A stretch of 64,000 bases of DNA. Source: an uncultured Holophagales bacterium (lineage in GTDB: Bacteria > Acidobacteriota > Thermoanaerobaculia > Multivoradales > UBA5704). The translations under genes and the position numbers were made by a program. This document shows, piece by piece, positions 1 to 10,369 of the stretch (position 1 is the stretch's first letter; the number at the start of each line of letters is the position of its first letter). Under the pieces are notes generated by a model. It saw only the letters and a program-made list of their open reading frames with translations, searched no databases and was not told where the DNA came from. Location of the stretch: contig CAWJGT010000003.1 in the NCBI GenBank assembly GCA_963842525.1, forward strand, positions 160,001-224,000, read 5' to 3'.

Positions 1-511
1 TCAGGCATACGGCCAGGAAGGCGGCAAAGAGGAAGGGATTCTCCAGGCTCCAGCGATGTCGTTTCACCTCGACAGGAACGGTAGTGGGAAGGCCGGCTTG
101 CACGAGGGCGACGAGGTCGGGCATCGCTTCGAAACCGGCGAGGAGGAAGGATGGACCGGTCCGCGGAAAGACCTGGACGGACCCCGGCGTACCCCGGGAA
201 TCCTGATGGATCCGGACCTTCTTGATCTCTTCCCAGGGGACCTCGTGCCGGAGCTTCCCAGACTCGCGGACGATGCCGTCAGGCCGTACGAGAAGCCGTG
301 AACGGCCCCATTTGCGTAGCTCAACCTGGACGAGCAGGAACAAGACGAAGGCGGTGATCCCAACGGGAACGAACGCGGAGATCCGAGCGCCGCCGCCGCT
401 GCCGACGAGCGCGTGCACAGCGACGAAGGCCAGGATCATCAGGATCAGGATGACCATGCGCCTTCGAGCTCTGGCGAGGAAGTCTTCAGAAAGGGTGAAT
501 TCCTGGGTCAC
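1..511 (-). CDS. Membrane protein (two N-terminal TM segments, then a soluble PH-like segment); runs off the window edge
   Basis: Manual translation from GTG at 511: MTQEFTLSEDFLARARRRMVILILMILAFVAVHALVG...ITAFVLFLLVQVELRKWGRSRLLVRPDGIV...EVPWEEIKKV. No stop before base 1, so it is absent from the ORF track. Confidence 0.6.
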   Translation of the reverse strand, partial: MTQEFTLSEDFLARARRRMVILILMILAFVAVHALVGSGGGARISAFVPVGITAFVLFLLVQVELRKWGRSRLLVRPDGIVRESGKLRHEVPWEEIKKVRIHQDSRGTPGSVQVFPRTGPSFLLAGFEAMPDLVALVQAGLPTTVPVEVKRHRWSLENPFLFAAFLAVCL

Positions 512-693
512 GGAGTCACTCCAGACCAAGACCAGGGACGAACATGGATCGCAATGAGACTACCACAGACAGGTCTCCCATCCTCCGACCCCCGTGCGTT
601 GACACCGCACCACCCCGGCGATAGAGTCCGCGCGAAACGGAAAGAGCAGGGGTCTCGTTCGCTGCTCCGGGGGCAGCGGTCGGAGCGGATGCC

Positions 694-2859
694 TTGAGCC
701 GGTCCAAACCTATCGAGGTCGCCGTCGTTGGCGGCGGATGCGCTGGTCTCACGGCGGCTTTCGAGCTGAGCCGGCCGGAGCACCGCGGCAGGTTCCATGT
801 CACCGTCTATCAGGTCGGGTGGCGCCTGGGTGGCAAGGGCGCTTCCGGGCGGGGGGCGGCCGACCGCATCGAGGAGCATGGGCTCCATGTCTGGATGGGG
901 TTCTATGAGAACGCCTTCCGGCTGATGCGGGAGTGCTATGCCGAGCTGGGCCGCGATCCCAAGACCTGCCGCATCGCGACCTGGCGCGACGCTTTCTTTC
1001 CCGATCCTTATGTCTGCCTGACCGAGCGCTGCGGCAATGACCGTGGGGGTGACGACTGGCGCTTCTGGACGGCGTTCTTTCCGGAGGGGCACGGCAACCC
1101 CGGGGACCCCCTGCGCGACGAGAACCCGTTCACGGTCGCCGGCTATCTCTCCCGCTGTGCGACGCTGCTGCGCTCGCTGCTGGTCTCGGCGTGCGACCAG
1201 GCCGCGCCTCCCGGCCGTCGCGACCGGCCGGAGCCTTCGGTCTTCTCTCCCGAAACCCTTCTCGAGAACATCAACCGGCTGCTGCGCTATGGCCAGCTCG
1301 CGACCATGGCCGGCGTGCTGGAGGCTTGCCGCCTGCTGGAGGGGGGCCTGGCTTCGGTGGTGCGCGCCCCGGACAACCTCATCCTCCGCCTGATCGACGC
1401 GGTGGCGGCCGGCGCGCGCAGGCTGCTGGAGACCCTCTGCCAGACCAACGACGAGACGCGGCGCATCTGGGAGCTGGTCGACCTGGTGCTCGCCATCCTG
1501 CGTGGGTCCGTCCGCTTCGGGCTGGCCACGCATCCCAAGGGGTTCGACGCCATCGACGACTACGACTGGCGCGAGTGGCTGCGGCTCAACGGTGCGTCGG
1601 AGGCGGCGCTCGATTCGGCGTTCCTGCGCGGGGTCTACGACCTGCTGTTCGCGTATGAGGACGGCGACCCCGAGCGGCCCCGCATGGCCGCCGGGCAGGC
1701 GTTGCGCGGCGCGGTGCGGATGTTCTTCACCTATCGCGGCGCCCTGTTCTGGAAGATGAGCTCCGGCATGGGGGACATCGTCTTCGCCCCCCTCTACGAG
1801 GTCCTCCGGCGGCGCGGCGTCTCGTTCCGGTTCTTCCATCGTCTGGAGAACGTCCGGCTGGCTGACCCGGCACAGCTCGCTCCGGGCGAGCGTCCCTATG
1901 TCGAATCTTTGGAGCTCGACGTCCAGGCTGAGATCGAAGGGGATGAGTACCGCCCCCTGATCGACGTGCGCGGCCTGCCGTGCTGGCCCGCGGCGCCGGA
2001 CTGGGACCAACTCGTGGACGGTCCGCGGCTGCGCGACGAGGACTGGCGCTTCGAGTCGTTCTGGGATCGCCGCAAGGCAGGGCAGCGCACGTTGCGCGTC
2101 ACCGAGGACTTCGACTTCGTCGTCCTCGCCCTGGGCCTCGGAGCCATCCCTCATGTGGCCCGCGACATCCTGGCCCGCGATCCGCGCTGGCGCGACATGG
2201 TGCGCCACGTCAAGACGGTGGAGACCCAGGCCTTCCAGCTCTGGCTGAAGGAGGACGCCCGCGGCCTGGGATGGACCGGCCCGGCGGTCAATCTGTCGTC
2301 CTTTGTCGAGCCCTTCGACACCTGGGCTGACATGCGGCAGCTCATTCCGGAGGAGAGCTGGCCCGTGCCGCCGCGGTCGATCGCCTATTTCTGCAACGTC
2401 CTGCCGGGCCCGGCGAAGGCGCCCGGCCGGTCGCGCAAGGGCTATCCGGCCGAGCGGCACAAGGAGGTGCGGGAGAACGCGGTCCGCTTCCTGGAGCGCG
2501 ATATCGTCCAGCTTTGGCCGCGTGCGGCCGGTCCAGGCGGTTTCCGCTGGGACCTGCTGGCGGCCCCGGACAGTGGTGTCCAGGGCGAGGCCCAGGGGGA
2601 GGCCCGGTTCGACACGCAGTTCTGGACGGCGAACGTGAATCCCTCGGACCGCTATGTGCTGACGCTCCCCGGCAGCTCGAAGCACAGGATCTCGCCGCTG
2701 GACAATACTTATGACAATTTGACCATCGCCGGGGATTGGACGGATTGTGGGCACAATGCAGGCTGCGTCGAAGCGGCGGTGATAGCGGGCCGGCTGGCCG
2801 CGCACTCTCTTTCCGGGTCGCCCGCGCTGGAGGATATTGTCGGCTATGACCATCCGTAG
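694..2859 (+). CDS. FAD/NAD(P)-binding oxidoreductase, carotenoid desaturase/amine oxidase-like superfamily
   Basis: VAVVGGGCAG dinucleotide motif, RLGGKGASGR, EEHGLHVWMGFYENAF, C-terminal AGDW and GCVEAAV. Confidence 0.85.
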   Translation: MSRSKPIEVAVVGGGCAGLTAAFELSRPEHRGRFHVTVYQVGWRLGGKGASGRGAADRIEEHGLHVWMGFYENAFRLMRECYAELGRDPKTCRIATWRDAFFPDPYVCLTERCGNDRGGDDWRFWTAFFPEGHGNPGDPLRDENPFTVAGYLSRCATLLRSLLVSACDQAAPPGRRDRPEPSVFSPETLLENINRLLRYGQLATMAGVLEACRLLEGGLASVVRAPDNLILRLIDAVAAGARRLLETLCQTNDETRRIWELVDLVLAILRGSVRFGLATHPKGFDAIDDYDWREWLRLNGASEAALDSAFLRGVYDLLFAYEDGDPERPRMAAGQALRGAVRMFFTYRGALFWKMSSGMGDIVFAPLYEVLRRRGVSFRFFHRLENVRLADPAQLAPGERPYVESLELDVQAEIEGDEYRPLIDVRGLPCWPAAPDWDQLVDGPRLRDEDWRFESFWDRRKAGQRTLRVTEDFDFVVLALGLGAIPHVARDILARDPRWRDMVRHVKTVETQAFQLWLKEDARGLGWTGPAVNLSSFVEPFDTWADMRQLIPEESWPVPPRSIAYFCNVLPGPAKAPGRSRKGYPAERHKEVRENAVRFLERDIVQLWPRAAGPGGFRWDLLAAPDSGVQGEAQGEARFDTQFWTANVNPSDRYVLTLPGSSKHRISPLDNTYDNLTIAGDWTDCGHNAGCVEAAVIAGRLAAHSLSGSPALEDIVGYDHP

Positions 2860-2871
2860 GAGGAGCCCGAG

Positions 2872-3681
2872 GTGAAGGGCCAACGTCTGCGAAGGGAGGA
2901 CCCCGTGAGGACGGAACCCATCCGCAATTTCTCGAACGCCTTCCGGACCGATCCCTGGGAGGACCCCGATCGGTATGGAACCGGCGACCCATGCGGCCCC
3001 GGTCCGGCCGGAGACGCCGGAAGGTACCGCGACCGCGCGTCCTGGAACGACGTGGTCTCGCGCGGCGTCGAGCTCGGTTATCAGGTGATCGAGGACCAGA
3101 TCCGCCAGGGCCAGCGCGTGGCTCGCGACCTGAACGATCGGCCGTACGACGTCGGCCGGATGAGCGACGACCTCTGGGAGGTCACGGAGAGGAGCTTCCG
3201 TTACTACTCGGAGGCGACCAATCTCTGGATGCAGTTCCTGACCGGCATGTCCTGGATGGGGGGCCCCGGGATGGGCGGCCCCTGGACGAGGCCGTGGGGC
3301 AGGCCTGGGGACAGACGGCGCCCCGAGGAGGCTGCGTCTGCGCCATCCCCGGCCGAGAGCGGCTGGCGCCGGGTGGCCGTCGCGTTCGAGGTGGACTCTC
3401 TCCGCCCGGTGAGCGTGGAGCTCGACCTGCATACGCCCGGCGACGTCGCCCTCCCCCTGGCCGCGGTCGGGCTGCAATCGCTGGAGGGGCACACGGCGTT
3501 GACGGAGATCACGTTCGAGCCCGGCGTCGTCCGCGAGGGGGTCCGCCTGCGGCTGCGCATTCCGGACGACCAGCCGGCCGGCTTCTACACCGGCGTGGTC
3601 TTCGACCAGCGCACAGGACAGTCACAGGGCACGCTGTCGGTGCGCGTGTCCGAGCGGGTCGAGCGGGTCGAGCGGGACTAG
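2872..3681 (+). CDS. Hypothetical protein in the operon (helical N-terminal part, beta-rich C-terminal part)
   Basis: AGGAGG RBS upstream of GTG; 12 bp from the upstream gene and 4 bp from the downstream gene. Confidence 0.7.
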   Translation: MKGQRLRREDPVRTEPIRNFSNAFRTDPWEDPDRYGTGDPCGPGPAGDAGRYRDRASWNDVVSRGVELGYQVIEDQIRQGQRVARDLNDRPYDVGRMSDDLWEVTERSFRYYSEATNLWMQFLTGMSWMGGPGMGGPWTRPWGRPGDRRRPEEAASAPSPAESGWRRVAVAFEVDSLRPVSVELDLHTPGDVALPLAAVGLQSLEGHTALTEITFEPGVVREGVRLRLRIPDDQPAGFYTGVVFDQRTGQSQGTLSVRVSERVERVERD

Positions 3682-3685
3682 GGCG

Positions 3686-4735
3686 ATGGCTGCCGCGGAT
3701 CTGCCGAAGCTGGTCCCGGAGGTCTTGCGGGAGTACAGCGAGATCACCCGCGAGGCGCTGCGGGAATACCTGCCGTCGCGGGAGCCGCGGCGCCACCTCT
3801 ACGACCTGCTGCCCGACTACCCGCTGCGCGGCGGCAAGGGGATGCGCCCGAGCCTCTGCATCGCCACGGCGCGCGCTTTCGGGGGCCGGCTCGAGGACGC
3901 CCTCGGCACGGCGGTGGCCATCGAGCTGCTCCACAACGCCCTGTTGATCCACGACGACATCGAGGACGAGAGCGAGGAGCGCCGCGGCAAGCCGACGCTG
4001 CACATGCTCCACGGCATCCCGCTCGCGCTGAACGTCGGCGACATGCTGACCCTGCTGAGTCTGCGTCCGCTGATCGAGAACCGGGCGCGGATCGGCCCGC
4101 GGCTCGCCATGCAGGTGATCGAGGAGACCGAGCGCATGGCGCAGGAGTCGGCCGAAGGGCAGGCCATGGAGCTGGGCTGGCGCCGCGACAACACCCTGGG
4201 CGTCGACGACTCCGACTACCTGCTGATGGTCCTCAAGAAGACCTGCTGGCTGGCGTCGATCCACCCCTGCCGGGTGGGCGCGCTCCTCGGCACCCACGGC
4301 GGCCTTTGCGGCAACGACCTCGAGCCGTTCCTCCGTTTCGGCTTTTTCCTCGGCGCCGCCTTCCAGATCCACGACGATCTGCTCAACCTGGTGGGCGATC
4401 CCGGGAAATTCGGCAAGGAGCTCGGCGGCGACCTGTGGGAAGGCAAGCGGACGCTGATGCTGATCCACCTCTACCGCGAAGCCGCGCCCGCCGAGAAGGA
4501 CCGCATCTCCGAGCTCCTGGGCCTGCCGCGGGAGCAGAAGAGGGCCGCCGACATCGCCTGGATGCGCCGGCGGATGGACGACTACGGCTGCATCGAATAT
4601 GCGCGGCACATCGCTCACGGACTGGCCGGCGCCGCGCTCCACGAGTTCTCCCTCCTCTATGGAGGACTACCCGACTCGCGGGACAAACGGTTCATCGAAG
4701 GCATGGTGACCTGGGTCTTCGAGCGGGAATCGTGA
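3686..4735 (+). CDS. Polyprenyl diphosphate synthase (trans-IPPS family)
   Basis: GGKGMRP, FARM HDDIED followed by RRGKPT, GQAMEL, KT, FQIHDDLLN (SARM variant), DLWEGKRT. Confidence 0.92.
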   Translation: MAAADLPKLVPEVLREYSEITREALREYLPSREPRRHLYDLLPDYPLRGGKGMRPSLCIATARAFGGRLEDALGTAVAIELLHNALLIHDDIEDESEERRGKPTLHMLHGIPLALNVGDMLTLLSLRPLIENRARIGPRLAMQVIEETERMAQESAEGQAMELGWRRDNTLGVDDSDYLLMVLKKTCWLASIHPCRVGALLGTHGGLCGNDLEPFLRFGFFLGAAFQIHDDLLNLVGDPGKFGKELGGDLWEGKRTLMLIHLYREAAPAEKDRISELLGLPREQKRAADIAWMRRRMDDYGCIEYARHIAHGLAGAALHEFSLLYGGLPDSRDKRFIEGMVTWVFERES

Positions 4736-4745
4736 AAGGCTCCGC

Positions 4746-6993
4746 ATGAAAACTGCTCCCGATCCTGGCAGCCCTCTCCTCGCCAGCCCGTTCCTCTCCC
4801 GCAGCCCCGGGATGGTCCCGCCGTTCAACTTCCCCGGCGTGACCATGCGCGTCTTCCCCCTGAAGGCGGACATGTACGTCCTGCGGGCCTTTTGCGACAA
4901 GTACCTGAACGTCGCCCCGCCCGAGGTCGCCGAGTTCGAGCCGTTCGCCCCGTTCGTCTACATGATCGTGCTGCACTACGGCAAGATGTCCGTGGAGGCC
5001 GCCAACCTCGGGTGGATCTCGCAGCACGAGGTGACCTTCAGCGTGCCGCTCCTGTGGCACCGGCGCCGCGCGAACGGGCGGGAAACCGTCGACTGGGCCT
5101 ACGTGACGCCCTTCATCTTCGTCGACAATCCGCTGTCGCTCACCACCGGACGGGAGGTGTACGGCTGGCCGAAGGTGCTGTCACATTTCCAGAGCGACAT
5201 CGACCGCTGGATGAGGTCCCCGACCAACGCGCAGACCCTGATGTCGATGAGCACCCTGGTGGTCGACCAGATCGGCGGAGTCGAAAGCGAGCAGGTGCTG
5301 TTGGAGATCGAGGACACCCTGATCCCCAACACGCCGCTCGCGCCGCCCGCCTACAAGCCCCTCTTCCGGGCCTTGACCGCCGCTCCCCGCGCGCTCTTGA
5401 GCTCCCTGTCGTTGGCCAGCGACCTGATGTCGATCTGGACCGCGCCGCCGCTGCTGGGCTATTCGCCGAACGATCGCCGCCTGCTGATGCAGAGCCTGGC
5501 CCAGGGCTTCCAGAGCACGCTGCCGCTGCGCGGGAGCCCGTACTACAACATCGTCACCCAGAAGCAGTTCCGGGACGTGCAGTTTCCCCAGACCCTCTGC
5601 TACCAGGCCCTGGTCATGTCGCGCATGACCCTCCGGCGTTACAACCGGGGCGGCCTGCTGGGCGACTTCAGCTACTTCCAGGGCGATAACTCGGGAGGGC
5701 TCCGCATCCTGGTCCACCGCTATGCCACGCAGACGATCGTCGACATCCTCGGGCTGGAGGTCGACCAGCAAATGGCGGTCGCTGGCAGGGCGGTCGACAT
5801 CCTGATGCCGATCTACCCCTTCTGGCTCGACCTGGATGTCGAGTACGGGCGGGGATCGACCCTCTGCTGGCGGACGCGCGAGTCGGCGTGGCACAGGGGG
5901 TCCGAAATCCTGCCGTCGGCGCCGGCGCAGCCGCCGGGCCACCTCTACAACACGGCGCAGGGGCCGACGTTCGTGGACATCGGAGGGCCCCAGCAGTCCG
6001 ACGACACCACGATCAACATCCTCCCGCTGCTGGCGAGCTTCGAGCGCCTCCAGCAGGTCGTCGACAACTACCTCAACGTCGCGCCGGATGTCAGGTTCGA
6101 GGCCTGTGGACAGTACGTCTATCTCGTCACGATGTCCTTTGGCCAGGTCACCTCGTCGCTCGACGCCCTCGGCTCCATCGCCGGGCGGGAGCTCGCCTTC
6201 TATATCCCGGTCTTGCAGCGCGGCGCGGACGGCCAGGAAAAGAGAGCCCTGCTGGCCCCCTTCATCTACGCGGACAACTCCACGGTCGCCGTCACGGGCC
6301 GGGAGGTGGGCGGCATCCCCATGATGCAGGCCCAGCTCGCCAGCCCGCCGGACACCTGGATGCGCGGCCCGTCGGGCTGGCGCACGCTCCTGCAGGTCAC
6401 GACGCTGCTCTTTCCCGTCCAGGACCTCGGCGTCGAGGCCACACAGCGGGTGCTCCTGGACATCTACGAGGGGAATCCGGAGGCGAGCGTGAGCCCCTTG
6501 CGCAAGCCGGGGGCCGCGGCCGCGGGCGAGGCGCTGGAGACGGAGCTGCGCCAGAGGGAGGAGCTGCGGCCGGCGGACCCTGAGGATCTAGTGCCCGGCG
6601 GGGACTTCTTCCTCGAGATGCTGGAGAGCAGAGAGCTCCGGGTGGTCACGCTCAAGCAGATCCCGGACTCGTGGGATGCGTCTCGCGCCGCCTACCAGGA
6701 AGCTCCTGATCACCGGCTGGTCCGTCGTGGGGCCCGACGACCCGAAGGCGCTGCGGGAGGAGCTGCATGTCCGGATCTTCCGCTATCCCAGCGCGCCCAT
6801 CGTCGAGACTCTGGGCCTGCGGTCCACGGCGAGCGGCAGCGTGGGCGGCGTCAATTTCGACGTCTGCGAGGTGGTCAAGCCTCACTCCGTCCGGCTCTCC
6901 CTGCGCAGCCATTGCCTCGGGTCGCTGGGCTGGCGGGCCGGCGGGGGAGCATGGCACGGGCCGGCCTCCTCCGGCCTCGTGAAGGGGGCTTGA
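4746..6993 (+). CDS. Protein with two ADC-like domains; one frameshift near 6700
   Basis: Two repeats of FI(F/Y)xDN...GREVxG...KQ(F/I)xD...YQ. After AYQ the homologous C-terminus (VRIFRYPSAPIVETLGL) continues in the 6676..6993 frame, so the ORF-track end at 7316 is spurious. Confidence 0.75.
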
Positions 6994-7044
6994 AGCCGGC
7001 GGGGTGCCCGAACGAACGGAGAGCCAGGAGAGGAGATCCCGAGA

Positions 7045-10000
7045 ATGGACCTGCCACGGTACAGCACCGGACGCGGCCCGGAAGATTCGGCTCCGGACCT
7101 CGTGCCGCCGTTCCTCTTCCCCGGGACGACGATGCGCGTCTTCCCCCTCAAGGCGAACATGTTCCGCCTGCGGCACTTCTGCGACACCTACCTCAACCTG
7201 ATGCCGCCCACGGTCGCGCGGTTCCAACCGGCCCTCCCGTATGTCTACATGATCGTCCTCGACTACGGGAAGATGGCCGTGGAGGAGGCGAACTTCGGCT
7301 GGATCTCGCAGCATGAGATCACATTCAGCATACCGCTCGAATGGCAACGGCAGCGCGCTGGGTGCTGGGAGCTGGTCGACCAGGTCTACGTGAACCCCTT
7401 CATCTTCGTCGACAGCCCCTTGTCGCTGACCACGGGGCGGGAGGTCTACGGCTGGTCGAAAATCCTCACCGAGCTGAGCCCCGGCATCCACTCGTGGCTC
7501 TCGGACCCGCGCGGCCCGCAGCGGCTGATGAGCCTCCGCGTCAAGGGCCTGGCCGGGATGCCCGCGCCGAAGGGCGTGCTCCTGGCGGAGGTCGTCTCCG
7601 AGCCGCCGCCCAACCCGAGCCTGGTGCCGCCGGACCTGAATAACGCCTGGAATCCGCTGGTGTGCATCCCCCGGGCGCTCCTCGGCTCCTGGAGCCTCCT
7701 GCAGGACTTCTGCGACCTGTCCGCGGCCCTGCCCATCCGGGGCTATGGGCCGAGCCCGCTCTCCTTCTTCGAGCGGCTGCTCCGGTCGGGGAGGAGGAAC
7801 AGCCCGAGTCAATCCGAGTCCGCCTCCGGCATCGTGACCCTCAAACAGTTCCGCGACGCCGAGCATCCGGACTGCGCCTGCTACCAGGCCCTGATCCATT
7901 CCGAGATGACGACCCGGAGGTTCAACCGGGGCGGCTTGCTCGGCGACCTCGACCTGCTGCGCGGCGACACTACGGGCGGCTATCGGATCCGCCTCCACCA
8001 TCTCGAGGCCTTGCCGATCCTGGAGTCGCTCGGCCTGGAGGCAGCCCGGGAGGTGGGGTTCGAGTCCTCCTACGTGGCGACGCTGAGACCGGTCTTTCCC
8101 TTCTGGCTCGACCTGGACCTGGAGTACGGCACGGGCCAGGCCGTCTGCTGGCGGACGCGGGAGTCCGACTGGGTGGTGGCCGGCAAGCCGGCCATCAAGG
8201 GGAGCGGGTCGCAAGCTCCGGCGGCGCCCCGCGGGAACCGCTACAACACCGTCCAGGGCTCCGCCGTGCTGCCGGGCCCGTTCTCCTACCCGCAGACGAC
8301 CCTGCACGGCTTCGCCCTCGCGGCGGACCCGGGCCGGCTCAAGAAGTTCGTCGACGGGTACCTCAACCTCGACGGCCTCGAGGCTGAGGCCGGCCTCCGC
8401 TTCGAGCCCTGGGGAAACCTCGTGCTCCTCGTCGTTGTGCACGGAGAGATCCGGTCCCAGGCGACCGCGCTCGGGTCCCTGCCAGCGCGGGAGGCCGGCT
8501 TCTTCGTCCCGGTCAAGGTATTCGAAAAGCGGACGGTGCCCGGCAGGGGTGCGGCTGAAGAGGGGCCGTACAGCGTAGCCCTGGTGACGCCGTTCCTTTT
8601 CACGGACAACAGCCTGCTCGCCATCGCGCACCGCGAGATGGCGGGGCATGCGATCACCGAGGCCACCCTGGAAGGGCCTGACGATCCGCGGCTCCCCGGG
8701 CCGGAGGTATCCCGCTCCCTGTTGCGGGTGGTGAAGGACGTCTTTCCAGGCTTAGGGCTGGGACTGGGCGCGGAAAAGCGGGTGCTCGTCGAGCTCGTCC
8801 AGCAACCGGGACCGGCGGACTGGCAGCTCGCGGGAGGAGGGGGCGACGAGGGACGGGTCCTCTCGGATGTGCTGAGCCTGGCCCGCAACATCATCACGCT
8901 CAAGCAGTTCCGCGATGCTCAGGACCCGAGCCGCGCCTGCTATCAGTCGTTCGTCTCCATCAAGAGGATCACCGGGGCGATGGTTCAGCCCACCAAGATC
9001 ACCGAGAACATCCAGGTAAAGATCCACCGCTATCCCAGCCACCCGGTCGCCGAGATGCTCGGGCTCGCCGGGGATGACTCCGGCGCCGCGGTGGAGACCT
9101 TCCAGCCGCTGCTGGCGGTCTGGGCGCAGGTGCACCTGCGCACCGCCAGGCTCCGGGAGATCTGCTGGCGGGCAGGCTCGAAGTGGCAGCGGCGGCACGA
9201 AGAGCTCCGCTCCCTGAGCCTCCGCGGCGAGACCAAAAAGGAGGTGGGGAAGATCGAGACGATTCTGAACAATGTCCTGGATGGCTGGAATACCCGGCTC
9301 GGCAACGTGCCGGCGAGCGCCGCGGCCCCCGCTCCGCTCCGAGCCGCCCGCTCGACGGCCCAGGCCCAGGCCGACTACGTCGAATTCACCTGGGGCCAGC
9401 AGTTGCCCGCGCCGTACACGTTCAAGGATGTCCGTCTGCGCGGCTTCACCCTGGCCGCCTCGTACGACAAGCTCGCAGAGCTCTGCGACAGGTTCCTCAA
9501 CTTCAAAGGATTTCACTACGAGCCGTTCCCCACGCTGATCCCGGGACAGTCCGTGGTCTACCTGCAGGCCCTCACCTACGGGTCCATCCGGTCGCTCGTC
9601 CCCGCCTACGGGAACGCCGGGTACAGCCAGCAGGACGAGGTCTACTTCGCCGTTCCCGTGATCGATCCCCAGACCGGCGATTTCGGCCTCTTCACACCCG
9701 TCATCTTCGTGAGCAATCCCTGGTCGCTGACCGCCGGCCGGGAGGTGCTCGGGTTCCCCAAAGGCCTGGGCCAATTCGAGCTGCCCATGGATATGGAGAA
9801 CCCTTATCCGATCCGGGTGGAGACCATGGCCTTCAACGAGTTCCAGCCCGAGAGCCGGCTCTCCTGGGGGCCGCTGCTCGAGATCATCGACCGGCCGGGG
9901 CCGGTGGCCGCGGCAGAGGAATTCGATCCGCGGGGGTTCTGGCCTTTCGGCGACCTGCGGAAGCTTCATGGCGACAGGGGGCCTCTGCCGCTGAAGAAGG

Positions 10001-10302
10001 ACTACTTCGACCGGCTGGAGGAGATCGCGAAGGAGATGAGCTATTCGAGCATCCAGCTCAAGCAGATCCGCGGCCTGCTGGCGGCGAAGGCGGCCTACCA
10101 GGAGGTCGTCCGCTCGACGGTCAAGCTGACCTCGCTCGACAACGGCGGCTTCCTGCCGCCCGCCGGCATCCGGCTCTTCACGACCGAGACCCTGCCGACC
10201 GCGGACGTCCTCGGCCTCGACGTCCAGAACGGCGTCGTGGAACCCTACCTCCCCTTCTGGCTCGACTGCGGCTTCGACTTCCTGGACCCGGTGGTGGTGT
10301 AA
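7045..10302 (+). CDS. Protein with three ADC-like domains; paralog of the upstream gene
   Basis: N-terminus VPPFLFPGTTMRVFPLKA closely matches the upstream paralog; GREVYGWSK, HREMAGHA and GREVLGFPK motifs; repeated LKQFRD/LKQIRG. Confidence 0.8.
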   Translation: MDLPRYSTGRGPEDSAPDLVPPFLFPGTTMRVFPLKANMFRLRHFCDTYLNLMPPTVARFQPALPYVYMIVLDYGKMAVEEANFGWISQHEITFSIPLEWQRQRAGCWELVDQVYVNPFIFVDSPLSLTTGREVYGWSKILTELSPGIHSWLSDPRGPQRLMSLRVKGLAGMPAPKGVLLAEVVSEPPPNPSLVPPDLNNAWNPLVCIPRALLGSWSLLQDFCDLSAALPIRGYGPSPLSFFERLLRSGRRNSPSQSESASGIVTLKQFRDAEHPDCACYQALIHSEMTTRRFNRGGLLGDLDLLRGDTTGGYRIRLHHLEALPILESLGLEAAREVGFESSYVATLRPVFPFWLDLDLEYGTGQAVCWRTRESDWVVAGKPAIKGSGSQAPAAPRGNRYNTVQGSAVLPGPFSYPQTTLHGFALAADPGRLKKFVDGYLNLDGLEAEAGLRFEPWGNLVLLVVVHGEIRSQATALGSLPAREAGFFVPVKVFEKRTVPGRGAAEEGPYSVALVTPFLFTDNSLLAIAHREMAGHAITEATLEGPDDPRLPGPEVSRSLLRVVKDVFPGLGLGLGAEKRVLVELVQQPGPADWQLAGGGGDEGRVLSDVLSLARNIITLKQFRDAQDPSRACYQSFVSIKRITGAMVQPTKITENIQVKIHRYPSHPVAEMLGLAGDDSGAAVETFQPLLAVWAQVHLRTARLREICWRAGSKWQRRHEELRSLSLRGETKKEVGKIETILNNVLDGWNTRLGNVPASAAAPAPLRAARSTAQAQADYVEFTWGQQLPAPYTFKDVRLRGFTLAASYDKLAELCDRFLNFKGFHYEPFPTLIPGQSVVYLQALTYGSIRSLVPAYGNAGYSQQDEVYFAVPVIDPQTGDFGLFTPVIFVSNPWSLTAGREVLGFPKGLGQFELPMDMENPYPIRVETMAFNEFQPESRLSWGPLLEIIDRPGPVAAAEEFDPRGFWPFGDLRKLHGDRGPLPLKKDYFDRLEEIAKEMSYSSIQLKQIRGLLAAKAAYQEVVRSTVKLTSLDNGGFLPPAGIRLFTTETLPTADVLGLDVQNGVVEPYLPFWLDCGFDFLDPVVV

Positions 10303-10369
10303 AGCGTTCAGCGCCAGGCGGGCGGCCGGTTATCGCACTCCGCCTCCCTCGGGCCCGCCTTTTTCTCTC

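Noticed and set aside
508-3492. 994-aa minus-strand ORF and similar long antisense ORFs (6652-8649, 12530-14434, 17226-18833, 36297-38198, 40262-42769, 43382-45016, 52803-54641, 57317-59431)
   Set aside because: Shadow ORFs of high-GC genes on the opposite strand; no recognisable motifs
694-4735. Standard carotenoid or hopanoid cluster
   Set aside because: No crtB/hpnCD/shc or cyclase genes adjacent
6994-7316. C-terminal tail of the 856-aa ORF
   Set aside because: Out-of-frame run-on after the indel near 6700; it overlaps the next gene
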